Below, in pieces: positions 25,273 to 38,570 of a DNA stretch of 57,833 nucleotides. The translations under genes were made by a program, and so were the position numbers. The notes under the pieces are model-generated. The model ran no database searches and had not been told where the DNA came from. It was given only the letters and a program-made list of their open reading frames with translations. The stretch comes from Parasitella parasitica NRRL 2501 (Eukaryota; Fungi; Mucoromycota), in the NCBI GenBank assembly GCA_025201805.1, contig MU619370.1, positions 30,172-88,004 of the forward strand, written 5' to 3'. The first letter of the stretch is position 1; each line of letters begins with the position of its first letter.

Positions 25273-27869
25273 CTTGTATGAAGCTCCATTTTGAGCTCTT
25301 ACCTTGTTGGATACCTGGATGTCGGTAGCACTAGCCTTCACTGGTTTTACACCAAGTGATTGCCTCTTTTTCAATGTACTTGTGCGACGGGTAGGAGGAG
25401 GATTTTCTGTTTCTGTTGCTGCTGCTGCTGCTGCTGCCTTTTTGTTTGCACTAGCAACGGTGGGCGCTGTTAATCTTGAAATGAAATTTTTAGTTGAGGA
25501 TAATCTTTTTTTAGTCTTTTCTCCAGTGCTGGGATCATCCTTGGCCTCTTGCTCAATTTTTGATGCCAACGTTGGAGGTTTAGCAAGGGTGGCGACTCTG
25601 GGGAGATGCTTGGATACTTTTGTAACAGGCTTCTTGGCTGGTTGCTGCAATTGCTCTGCATCTTTTTTAACGGGTGCGCTTGGTCTAGCAATTCGAGTTG
25701 CACCAGCTTCTTTTGCTCTACCACCACTACTACCGTTACTAGCTGTTGTTACTGTGCGAGATTGAATGCGAGTTTTTTGATCTGAGCCTTCAACTGGTTT
25801 TTTCACTGCGTCTGACGGTTCTGCTTTTGTTGTACGAGACTGGAGTCGAGCCTTTTGATCCGGTCTTTCAGATGGCTTCTTTACTGAAACTGGTGAATCT
25901 GTTTTTATAGCGCTGGCTCGACCCTTATTGATGCTAGGTGGTCTGATCCGAGTGTTTGCAGTACTCTTTTTGATGCTTTCTTTTGTTGCACTTTTGTCAG
26001 AGTCTTTAAAAATATCATTTTTTTCTATACTGGCACTATTGCTATCGTTTGAAATGGATGTTCTAGAAGAATCCTCTCCTTGATCCGTATTAATGGCTGT
26101 AATTTTAATGTCTTCAGGGCATGATTTATCCGAGCTGATAGTTGAAGCGATCTCGGTATGATCTATTTCTGAGTTTGATTCCTCTTGATCTGTAGCAGTT
26201 GTGATCTCAGGTACGGTATCAGCAGGTTCAGCAAGAATGCCAGTAAGGGCTGTTGTAGTGGGCTCTTTGTTTGCTGGTTCTGGAATAACAATATCATGTA
26301 CGACAGGAGTTTCTTCTATGGTAACTTGTTTGTGTTCAGTCGTATTGCTATCGAGACTATCACTTGCGTTCTCTTTCTCAGTTCCAGACGTTGTGATTGC
26401 GGCCGATACAGCTGTAACAGCAGCAGAAGCTACTTCAGCAACTCCTGAAACAACAGTTGTGGCTACGGATGCAGCAGCGTTAGTGACAGTAGTGGCAGCT
26501 GATGCAATGGTATCTTGCTGTTGTTCCTCCTCATTTTCCTGTGATTCTTCAACATCAACTTGTTTTTCAACTTCTGATTCAACTAATCCTTGTATCTTTT
26601 CTTCCTCAGCAGAAGATTTGCTCGTATCGGCTGATATAACTTTGTTGCTTATTGCCTCAGGCTCTGTACTACTGGCTTCGACTGTCTCCGCATTGGAACT
26701 GGGAGCTTCATCAAGATCTTGTCTGCCCTCTGATCCAACATCTCCTCGCTTCTCTTGAGCATCAAGAGCAGAAGTATCTTCAGACTTGGTCGATATAGAA
26801 CCTCCACTTGGCTCGATAATAGCCTCATGATCATTTGCAGCAGGTGCTGTATCACTAACCAAATTGCTGTTACACATTAAACCGTCTTTAGCATCGTCTT
26901 CATTTTGCTGCTGCTGTGGTACCCCCTTGTTTTCCAGTGCCTCTTTGTCTTGATGAGTAATATCAGCAGTAGCAGCAACTACAGCTGGAGCTGGAGCTGG
27001 AGCTGGAGCTGTGTCAGTGTCAGTAGCAGTGGTAGTAGAAGAAGCAGCAATTGTCATGTCCCCAAACATATAAGCGATTTCTTTGCTTGCACTCTCGTCC
27101 GAATCGCTTCCGTGTGTGGCGTTTTGTGGAGCGTCTTTACCAAACAAGGCACGAATTCTTTTATTTGTATGTGTTAATGCATGCAGAGTGACATTTTAGT
27201 CCAACTAGCATATCATACTTACGAATTTGGGCTTGTTTTGCGTGCTTTTTTGTAAGTAGTGGGACCCATTAGGTGTCTCCAATCCTTGATAGCATTTTCT
27301 TTCTCCAATACAAGGGCACATAGGTTTGAACTGCATGGAATACATTAGTAGGATTCAGGCATCACCCATTGCAATTGCAACACATACCTGCTCAGCCATC
27401 GTATACCCTTTTCGTAATAATTCTGTTTGACATGATCTTGATAGAACTTTTCTGCTTCTGCTAATGTAAGTTCAAAATGCTTGGAAGCTATAACTTGAAA
27501 TCCATTGCCCTTGATGCATTCAATGATTTCATTCAAGTTGGGTGCGTCTGTGAGAATGGCTAAAGTACGTTCCTGATGGTTGTCATGGTTAGACAACACT
27601 GTAGTATTCTCCGATAGAGATGGCTCTTCATTTTCCTTGACAGTGACATTTGCTGTGTCATCAGGAGAGGATGCTTTTTTCAGACTATTGCTAGCTATAT
27701 CAGGCGTTAATTTGTATATGTTAGATTTTTGCCCAAGTGGCAGATATGTACCTTGTAAGAATTCATGCTCGTTAGTTTCGATTGATGGGCTCTAGCCAGA
27801 CGAAATAAAAAGTTTGTTAACTCGCACTAGTTGCGTATAAATTATACATACTTCTATAGCTGTAATCAT
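25072..27869 (-). CDS. Group II-like nucleoside diphosphate kinase domain fused to a ~650-aa acidic then basic disordered tail
   Basis: Spliced NDK domain ERTLAILTD..FYQDH..WRHLMGPT..PNSIRALFGKD..NATHGSDS..SASKEI. Introns ~27792-27851, 27331-27388, 27158-27222, 25223-25302. Confidence 0.85.
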
Positions 27870-29602
27870 TTTTTGCTTTTGTTTTTCTTTTAGAAAGTAA
27901 CAAAAAAAAAAGAGAAGAAAGAGAAGAAATAAAGGAGAGAAGAGCAACTTTGCAAAAATATGCACATCCAAACTATTCAGGAGTGTCTTGTGCGACCTGA
28001 AGCATAAAAGCGTGTATACATATAGCACTTTACGTCAAGAATGGGTCGCATTCGTGCTGGCGTAATCCTTCTAAATTAATCAAGCAGCTCTCCATGCCAT
28101 GCAATACACTGTTTTACATTCAATTTATGCTATTCCTTTTACAATTTTGTAGAGGTTTTAATGATCCTTTTTATGTCGGATGGTTTTTTTTTCCATGATA
28201 GAATAACCAGCGTTTGTCACGGATAAAACTTTACTTGGCATACAATATGCAAAACACCTATTAAAATACAGTAGCTCACTTTTGTTAAATTGCTGTAGAG
28301 CATGCAATTCCTACCAAGACTTCTTCTAAAACATACAGCAAAAACATATAGATGTAGCAACTCTTTCTTTACAGCGTATAACGTCAACATCCATGCTTCA
28401 AATACAAATATAAGTCAGACATGTCCAGGCTAGCCATTAAGCTCATACCTGCATTTGAATGATTATGCTGCATGAAACTCAATTATACATGCGCAAAGGG
28501 AAAACACGCGTTGATATTCGTTAACATTTAGGTAAAAAAAAAAATTGTCTATTAATGTCAATTTCGTGGTGAAATTATCTCCTTTCTATCTGCAATAAAA
28601 AAAAAGTGCCGAAATAAACACAAGTGCAAGCTGCATGTATAAACGGTAAAATATAGCCAAGGACCTGTTAAATTCCGTGTTTGAAATTACAGAATACTTG
28701 TATGATGTCTGTGTCTTTCGGTCTATACAATTATACAACGACTAAAGTAACAAAAATGTATTCTTTATGAGACGTACTTCCATGTGTATATCGATTCTCA
28801 TCAACTGCTTACATTGCCAAACCATGGCAGGTTTTAAAGAGATAATAGCGTGCTGGTGGAAAACATACAAAGCGTGCGCCTGTATATTTCTTTTTGGCCT
28901 AAAGTACATAAAAGTGAGGGGGAGAGGGTAAGATTATTGAAAATACTTGAAGCAAACAAGTCATTTCGCACAAGGTTAGAAACAGGCTGTATATTCTCAT
29001 ATGGATGCGACTGATTTTTCTTGAAACTAATGCCAAGATTATATTAAATGTTTGGCTCATTTTCTTTATAATGTCACAACATACCTAGTCCAATACAAGC
29101 AAAACTGTCATGATGCATGTATGTAGTGGGTCTAAGTAAAGATGTCAGTGCATTAGTTGCTCTATTTTCTAGGTCATGCCAATATAATGAAAATGAATCC
29201 TAGACAATCGCGATTTTCTGCCATTATGATACACGGCACGCACATTCATTTCGCTGTTTCAGCTGTACCACAACAAATATGAGATTGTAATCAGAGTTCG
29301 ATTGAACACACTGATGTAGGAAAGCAGGTGAGTGGATGAACGAGTAGGTACATGTGGGTTGGTTTGGGTCTGTTTTCAAAAGAATACTTTTTTTTTTTTT
29401 TGGCCATAGTCAACATGTTCAAGAATGTTCCTTATATTCAGGGAGTTCCTTTACAGCATTTTATACATGGAAATTGCAAGAATCACATGTGTCTACAAAG
29501 AAAAGGCTTTGGCGGTGCACCAAATTAAGAAGGCTCGCAATATAAAATAGACCCCCCAAGTGGATGAGCCAAGACCTATTTCTTTCATTCCACTTTTATA
29601 AA

Positions 29603-31966
29603 ATGGTACAGACAGCCTTTTCAGTCAAGATAACTGATGCACAGCCTGGAGAAGGGCCTACTCGTCGTTCAATTCTATCTCCCAGTCAGCTCATGACCAC
29701 ACCCGCAGAAGGCGTAGAGACATTATACGACAATCTACAATACGCTTCCAACACCTTCAAAAGTCGCAAAGGGTTTGGCTATCGTAAACTAGTGGACAAA
29801 TTCTCGACTACCAAAAAAGTGACCAAAGTTGTCAATGGTGTTGAAACAACTCAAGACAAAACATGGACATCTTTCCAATTGAGTGGCTACCATTACTATT
29901 CCTATGAGGACGCCTCAAAGATCACAAAGACCATCGGCGCCGGACTCGCTAAGCTAGGATTGAAAAAGGGCGACAAGCTACAAATCTCTGCTACAACAAG
30001 GTAAAAATAGTGCATGTATCTGGTGACCATATAGTAACGAAATTTCTTGTCATAGTGTTGAATGGATGTTTATGGCGCATGGTAGTACATACTAGTCTGG
30101 CAACAATTGTGTGAAATTAATTTCTTGCGTTTATTTACATAGGTGCTTTCACTCAGGCTTTGACCATTGTCACTGCTTACGACACGCTAGGCCCAGAAGG
30201 CCTGCAACACGCTATTAATGAATCGGAAGCCTCGCTTTGTTTTGTAAATGATGATCAGTTGCCTATCCTCAACGAAATTCTCTTGCAATGTCCTACCATT
30301 GAGTCTGTTGTTTACAGAGGACAAGCGAACTCCGAACATGTCGACCTTTTGAAGTCCAACGCTCAGCTCAAACACATTCTATCGTACGAGGAACTTGAAA
30401 AGCTGGGTCGAGATAACCCTGCTGATGTGGTAAAGCCAAGTGCCAGCGATATTTGCTGTATCATGTACACAAGTGGAAGTACAGGTAATCCCAAAGGCGT
30501 CGTGCTTACTCATGGCAATGTAGTGGCGGCCATTGCTGGAGTCTGTCGCATGCTGCAGCATTTGCTGGAGCCCAACGACACCATGATGGCCTATTTACCG
30601 CTCGCCCATGTCCTGGAGTTTTTAGTCGAGAATCTGTGCATCTTTTTGGGTGTGACTTTGGGCTATGGCTCTATCCGTACATTAACTGATGTATCCGTCA
30701 AGAATTGCTCTGGTGATTTACAAGAATTTCGTCCTTCCATCATGACGGGTGTCCCGCAAGTTTGGGAAACGATAAAAAAGACTGTACTTACCAAGGTCGC
30801 CGAACGTGGGCCCCGTGTAGAATCTATTTTTGGTGGCGCCATCAATTTGAAAAAGTTTCTAGGTGGCTATGGCCTTCCCACTGGGCTTCTGGATAAAGTT
30901 GTCTTTAACAATGTGAAAAAGCAACTGGGTGGCCGTCTTCGGTACTGTCTCTCCGGCGGTGCCCCTGTTTCAGCAGAGACTCAAGAATTCTTATCTTTGG
31001 CTGTTTGTCCTATTTTACAAGGTTATGGTATGACTGAAAGGTGAGCTACTATTCGATAACCTTACTTGATATTGGGGGGGGGAAGCTTTGATTTTTATTA
31101 TACTCATATCTCTTCTGATAGCTGCGGGTAAGATGATACAAAAGATCTGCATTTATGCAAGATTTCATAGTTACACTAACCATGTTTTAGTATGTGCGCG
31201 ATTATGGCACCTGAACAATGGGCCCTTTCTGAAGTAGGATCCCCTGTGCCTTGCGTGGAAGTTAAACTAATAGACCAACCTGAGCTTGGATATCTCTCAT
31301 CTAATACACCCCGCCCCCAAGGTGAGATTTGGATACGTGGCCCTTCAATTACAGCAGGTTACTACAAGCAGGATGAAATTACCAAAGAAACTTTGACTGA
31401 GGATGGGTGGCTCAAAACTGGAGATATTGGTGAATGGACTGAGCGTGGCACCCTAAGCATTATCGATCGCGTCAAGAATCTGGTCAAGTTGAGTAACGGT
31501 GAGTATATTGCGCTTGAAAAGCTGGAAAGCATCTACAAATCCTCCATTTTGGTCGAAAACATGTGCGTTTGCGCTGAATCTTTATACCCAAAACCTGTTG
31601 GTCTGTTGGTGCCTGTCGAGGGTCCGCTACGAAAGTTCCTTGCTGAAAGAGGTGTAGAAAATGAAGACTTTGAAGCACTTTGTGCAAGTGAAGAGGCTCG
31701 CAAAATTGTGCTGCAAGCCATGCAGGAGCAAGCCAATAAATCTGGATTGAAAGGTACTGAAGTCATTGCTGATGTTTGGATTTGCAAGGACCTTTGGACT
31801 CCTGAAATGGGTTTATTGACAGCTGCTCAAAAATTGAAGCGCAAGGAGGTTAACAAAGCATACGATCAAGAACTAAAGAATATGTATGTAAAAAAAAAAA
31901 AAATCTGTGGACATGCTAACTCTGCTGATACTCTTCTTGCAATGTAGGTTTTCTGCTATGAAATAA
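29603..31966 (+). CDS. Long-chain fatty acyl-CoA synthetase (Faa1/Faa4/Lcf1-like)
   Basis: AMP-binding motif IMYTSGSTGNPKG, GYGMTESCG, GWLKTGDIG, IIDRVKNLVKL..GEYIALEKLES; small exons at ~30056-30081 and 31122-31127. Confidence 0.95.
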
Positions 31967-34516
31967 CCAATCAAATAGATTACTTCTTTTTCTAATGATA
32001 TAGATGTTAACGTCTATAGTAATAATAATGTGTAATTTTATCTAAAAAACCTCTTTTATTAATGGATTTCATTTTAAGGCATTCATCCTTGTACATTTTA
32101 AATGCAAGAAACCAATTCAACTCGATCTATTACTAGCCATAATGAGTCTAGTATTCTCTTTTTATATACGATTTGTTCCAGAAGCCCAAAGAACATTTGG
32201 GTGATCTCAAAATACTTGACCCCTTAAAAGAGTTCTTTCATTGTTATCAAATTTGTAAGTGATGTAAGAGCCACATTCATGCATATACTTTTATCTTTCA
32301 CGAGTATTAGTGATATGATGATTTAATGAATAATGTAATTATAGTACGGGTAAGTATAAAATAAACTTTGCTTTCTTCTAGCGCACAGCTTCAAGCAAAA
32401 TCAACCTGTTTGTAAAAGACAGATTCAAATGCTTTATAATCTTTCACATCACCAAAGAATATGTAAAGCCTCCAACTCTGCTTTAAGCCAGGAAAAAGAA
32501 TTAATGTTTAATAAATTTAATAAACTACTTTGTTAATCTACAGAAAAAGAACCTGCATCTAGATTATCAATTCTGATATTGCTGTTCTCAAAGTTACTGA
32601 AAGCATCGACAACTTAATCGAGTAGCCTTGTTCTCAGTTTTACATATGCAAGTAACGCCCACAGATTCCTCTACGTTTAAATATATGGTATTATAGATTA
32701 TTAACTTGTGGGTATCGCCCAAAAGGTTGGCTCAAAGATGACAAAAGCTAAGCGTAGCCAGTCCTTTTACAATTGGCAGCCCTGTCATGCAAAAGCTCTA
32801 CAAACATTCTGTTAATAAAGTTATACGTTAAATTATATAAACAACATCATCTGAATTTATTCATGCAGTTTTAGGGATGTTTCTTCAAACTTGAAGTTAA
32901 ATATTACCATTTTATTTGGTAACGGCAATCTCATCAAAATATGTCCTGACGAAACGAGATTACTCTTGTCTAGTTGCTAGAGCTATTAAACATGATAATT
33001 TTGTTGTAAAAAATCCTTGCCATACTGGTATTTACATTATTTAATAATTACGAAAGCAACTCGTTTTACACTATTGATTCTTTTTCAAGAGAAATGCAAC
33101 ATTAAATCTAATAATTTCCAATGTTGTTGCTAAGACCTTTGACATCGAGCCTGACAGTATTAGTTACAATATCCATTACACTCATTCCTGTTACGTTATA
33201 ATGCATCCTTCACAAGTCGAAATGGCTATCAGACAAAGATAGTACTAGTGAGGTTATAATGAGATAACTCGTGCTACAGAAATTTGTTATCACTGGTATC
33301 ATTATTACTTTTACAATTTTTTTTTTTTTTTGACTGGTGGCATCATGGAAAGCGTATATGTCTTACAGACCGTATCCCAGCATCATTCAAGGTCATCGAG
33401 AGATTTGTATGATGTCTTTAAAAAATGAATTTGGCTCTATCTATCTTGACTCATCACAAAGCCGTTCAAGTATGTCTTCACTTGACAGCGTTTAATCGAA
33501 CAAAATCCAATATCTCTCACTCTCTCAATACCTTTACCCTTAACACTGTTGAGATTGCTTAGATACACATTTCTTATTAGTTTACAATTGAGTATTTTAT
33601 CATACAATATTAGTATTACTAAACTGTGTTTGTTGATTGAAAAAATAAACCTGAATCGCTATCGCAATTTGGTAGCATAGTTTTATCGTGTGACAACAGT
33701 GAGAATAAGAATTATATCATATATCCACGGTATGCTCACCGATTGGATTGCAAACTGCTTTTATTGTTCTCCTAATGTCTCCACCAAATCCAACTGATAT
33801 ACTCCCCTATGCATGATTATACATGTAAAATCTTTAGAGATGCATTCAACTCTAAATGTCGATTGATGAGCAACCTATCATTTCGTCTGCTTTTTTTAAT
33901 TTAGTAACAATGAGCATCTCGGTCGGAACACTGGTTGATGAATCAAACATTTATGCAAGGCAAGAGTACAAGATCATATGAAAGATTGAGTGTATATTGC
34001 TCCCTGGCCCGCCAACAAGAACTATTTTTAACAATTTCTGATTTACAAAAAATCGATTTATTGCGCTAATCATACCCTCCTCTTGTTTAATATGAATGAC
34101 TCATGGAAGTTATACAATGAATTAATGTTTATTTATAATTTATTACTGCTTAGGAGTTTTATATATAGTTTCCTCTTCATATCGATGACAGATGTCTTGA
34201 TAGATATTCATGTCATGAGAAAAGAAAGAAAAGAAAAAGAGGCGTTACACTGTATTTGTTGTTCGGAAAGGGGGTCATCTGCCTCAAACTTGGCATGACA
34301 ATGAAAAACATGTATTCTTTCGTATTTGTTATCACAATGAAAATGAGGTAAAAGAACAACAAAAACTACAAAAGGGAACCGCATCATGTACAACGCCCCG
34401 CTCGGATGAAAAGGACGATGTACAGTGTAGCGCCCCTTCCATCATTACTTAACTGTGATAAATAGGAGTGAAATTATACTTTGAACTTTATAGCTTCTTC
34501 TTCCTTCTCTTTCTTT

Positions 34517-34552
<36 letters not shown>

Positions 34553-34562
34553 NNNNNNNNNN
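34553..34562. other. Assembly gap (10 N) following a poly-T run
   Basis: Directly visible. Confidence 0.99.
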
Positions 34563-34592
34563 AGAAGAGAAAAACGCAATTGCTTTTTATAT

Positions 34593-35027
34593 ATGATGAC
34601 CTCCACCTATTCCGCCACCTCTGCTGTTGATTTCTCTTTTAACGAAACCAATTATCAGCCATTTTCATGTCAATATCAATATCAAGTGCAAGAAAAACAG
34701 CAGCAAGAGGAAGAAGAATGTTACACACAGTATGATTTAGAGGTCGCTAATGCAGTTGCTGAAGCAGACTATGAAGATTATTACTGTGAGAGCCACTATC
34801 AGGACAATCAAGATGAATCCATGAGCGAATATGAAGATGATCAACAACAAAATCAGCCCTACGATTACAGAAATGACTCTCTACTCTCTCTTGTTGTTGG
34901 CGTACAAAATTACCTTACTGAACAAGCTGATAATTCATCCAAATGCGATTCTCCACTCTACAACCTTCAGTATAAGATGTATATTTACATGCGTCAAAGG
35001 GCAATTGAGCTTGGTGTACAATTTTAG
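34593..35027 (+). CDS. Small acidic Tyr/Glu/Gln-rich hypothetical protein (144 aa) with a helical C-terminus
   Basis: Intact ORF with biased coding-like composition and pyrimidine-rich flanks. Confidence 0.7.
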   Translation: MMTSTYSATSAVDFSFNETNYQPFSCQYQYQVQEKQQQEEEECYTQYDLEVANAVAEADYEDYYCESHYQDNQDESMSEYEDDQQQNQPYDYRNDSLLSLVVGVQNYLTEQADNSSKCDSPLYNLQYKMYIYMRQRAIELGVQF

Positions 35028-38000
35028 CCTTTCTCCTAAACTATCCTTCTTGTTTCCATATTTTTCCTTCTTTTTTCTGGTTTCCTCCCTTTTCATACAA
35101 TCATAATCCCTCAAAAAAATTATTCATTCATTTATACATGTAACTCCCAAAACTAAATAATCAAATTAATCAATTACATTCTTTATAATCGTACATCGAC
35201 TTTTCTTCTTCTTTGCACTAGCGCCTCTCCTACATCGGCATATCCTTGCAAAGAGATAAAGGAAATAAAAACTGTAAAAATAGACCTTGTCAAAATCATT
35301 CGCCATAATTTATGTATCTTTTATGCATAGCAGAGGAAAAATCAACAGACCTATGCATAAACTGCTAGATTCTTGGCATTTGTTGGGTTTTCAAGGCAAA
35401 TACTTGTAATTTTAATTTTGTCAAGAAAAACGCAGGAGCCAACAGACATAACTACATAATTTTTTACAGGTGCTTTTGTAAACCCCTTATAATCAAAACT
35501 TCAAAGCTTGACAACATGTCATAAAAGGAAGTTTGACTCATGCTATCATAACGAGCGTATTACGGGGTTGTCATAGATTCCATCCTTGGTATCTACTTTC
35601 GTGGCCTCTTGCAATCTAACAGTGCATACTTTTTAAGTTAGATCAATGTTGCACATACTGTAGAGTTGTTCACTCGGTAGCGAATATTAATCAAACCATT
35701 TTCTTGAGTAATAAAAAAAAAAGTCGTACATTTACAACTGAAGATGAAACACAGTAATTACAAGCAATTTAATCCTGAACTGTACCTTATATGTAATGGA
35801 TCTTAATCCTTGTAAAGTACCTACATATAAAAAGTTACGAAAGGAAACTTACATATTCGGCCAGTCTACAATTTGGCGAAAGAATAGAACAGAACCCAAA
35901 CATTGAATTTATCTTGTCAAACTAATATTACTGTTTTATCAGATACACTCTACGAAGTATGGGATTACGGTAGCAGAACGATAAAAAATGCATTCTTTCA
36001 ATTATGTCTTTAGACATATTACATCATCCACTCAAAGAATGAGTTTTGTATTATCAAAGTTATCTACAGTAGTTGAATTTTTGTTCTATCGTGATTTCAA
36101 GCGAGTAAGCAAACAATTTCCAAATTGAAAGGCTAAAAATATGGGGATATTTTGCGAACGCTATTTTTAGAGTATTTACAGTAAATTACATTTTTTGATA
36201 GACATATCGTCCAGTGGAAATAAAGTTATGCTCGGATAGCGATGATCATGCATGTATTTATAAAACATAAAGCAGGCTTTATTTTGCTCTTTATCAAAAC
36301 CTATCAGCGATTTATATAAAAATCTGTGGTTTCTGCTGATGTTTATAATAAAATTCATAGACTATATTTTTATACTACTTTTACCAAGGTTTCTGTGATA
36401 TTATAGCGTATGGTGTTGGGAGAGACACTCCCTCAATTTAATTACATGCAACACCTTCAAACCCAATGCTGATGACAAAACAGCAGCCTGTTTCCCTTAA
36501 CATATTGACATAGTATTAAATAGAACAGTGCACAGCTTAAAAATATCGTCTTATTTTGTTGGACCATATCCAATTTCGAAAGATTCAAGCTTTTTCGCCC
36601 GACTTTCAACATTATTCACTCTTTTAAGAGAGTTTTAATTTTAAATTAATGTACATGATCATCTATTTCATGTTTTGTTTCATACGCACATATTCTACTT
36701 ATAATTTTCTGAAGTGCTTACGTATTTTTAATTAGTGTCTGAAAATGAGATGTGCTTGGCTTAACGCCGACTTCTCGAAAATCAACAAACTGGAATGGAA
36801 CTGAAAAAACCAACCAAAGCATTTGTAAACTCCATGCCTTCTTGTTTTATGTTTTTGTAGCTTTAGTCTTGTAATAATATTTTTGTGGTATTATTTCCTT
36901 TGAACTCAAATAATTAAATACTTAATTGGAGCTGCTTTTGAAGGAAAGTTTTCTTTCAATGTCCATAGGCAGGGCAACATCATCAATCATCGAGTGGAAG
37001 AAATACTTTTAAAAAAAATTATACATTAAAATCCGGTAATAACAGATGAATCATTTGCTTCCGTTTTTGTATCTTCATATTTATTTGCTTGGGTGAATAC
37101 TCTCAATATCAACGCAATTTTTTATTATTTCAAACTGTGCCTGGATTTGATAGTCTGTGATGGTAAGCTGATAACTTTTTACAACGTGACTTTCAGCTTA
37201 CTCTGATTAAGAGTGGTGTACCTGCTAGACTAACTGAAAACAAACTCCTGAACCGATAGTTTGGGATTTTATCGGGCGAAATGTATGATGACTTAAATCA
37301 TCGTCAGTATGACAGTAAATAATACACGGTTTCAGTTCGAGAGGTGTTTGCGGTACAATACCGGTAGTTAGTATTTGATTGTTGGGACCTTCGTAAAAGA
37401 AAGATCTGATAGCAGATTATTTGTATGAATTACTGTTTTGGTTTTGACATAATTGAATTTTCTCTTTTCTGCCAAATGTTTTGGTTTGCAAATCTCATGA
37501 TTCTATTCAATGTAATTTTATTGGGATAATCAAGAGGGACCATATCGTCAAGCAACATTCGTGTAAATCAGGGTAGATCTTTGCATTCAATTGTGGAGGT
37601 TCGCAAGCCGGCTGAATCGCTTAATTTATCGAAGAAGTGTTAGGGTTCAGCTGACGATGGTTATTAGAGGAAAAAAAGATGGGCGATAATAACGACATTA
37701 GATGTACTTTTGTGAAAAACCTTCTTTTCTTCTTGGTATTATCATTAGAATCGAAGAGTTACACCAAGAAGGGGCAAAATGTATAATAAAAATAAAAAAC
37801 CTTATAACAAGCATCCTTTGTCAAGTAAACGGATAACAACAAATTGATTGCAATCACATAAATATAAATATATATGAGTGTTAACAGAAATTGGTACTAT
37901 ATAAGTCTATTACTTTCTTTTGTTATTTTGGTTTTCTATATCAAGCTTGATGGACCGAAAAAATCTTATTGATGATAGACTTGTATCAAACAACCACATC

Positions 38001-38570
38001 TCTTTTTTCATTTTTCGTGGTTGCTCGTACCCAGTCTTAATATGTTTTTCTATTCTTTGGGGTCAGATAATTGTTAACATGTCCAAAGAATGCCCAAAAT
38101 AACAACAAGTAACACGTAACAAAATTTAATATCACTTACGCGTAGCTGTTGTACTTTAAAAGCGTCGCTTCAAAGCGGCAACATTAGCTGGTATTTATAT
38201 AGCAATAATTTAGCAATAGCAGCACCAACAGTTTCCATGCGTACGAGTACGGTACGAGAGTTTATATCCTGATATATCTACAATAGTGCCACGCTACCAT
38301 GTACAAATGGTTTACAACATGTTAAACACGCGAATACTGTATTTGCATCTCTTTCCTTTTTTACTAAAGCAGGCTAAAAAAACTATTTGACCAAAATGTT
38401 TTTTTTATCAAAGGTGTAAATGATAAGTTTATATGGATATGTATACGTTTTGTACAAATATTAAGAATTATAAAGGTTATGTGTATATTTTGTGAAAAAA
38501 AAAAAGGAACAGTTTTTGTTTTGCTACTTGCAAATGTGTAAATCTGATTTATAGAAATAAGCAAGATAAC

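Noticed and set aside
2164-27177. Many antisense ORFs over low-complexity genes (e.g. 2164-2469, 4417-4752, 19315-19632, 25304-25765, 26201-26758)
   Set aside because: Shadow frames of real genes on the opposite strand.
20875-27869. Phospho-histidine relay between the adjacent NDK-like gene and histidine kinase
   Set aside because: Adjacency alone is weak evidence in a eukaryote, and the chemistries are unrelated.
37283-37410. Possible C/D box snoRNA (ATGATGA...CTGA)
   Set aside because: No terminal stem or recognisable rRNA-antisense element; such boxes occur by chance in AT-rich DNA.
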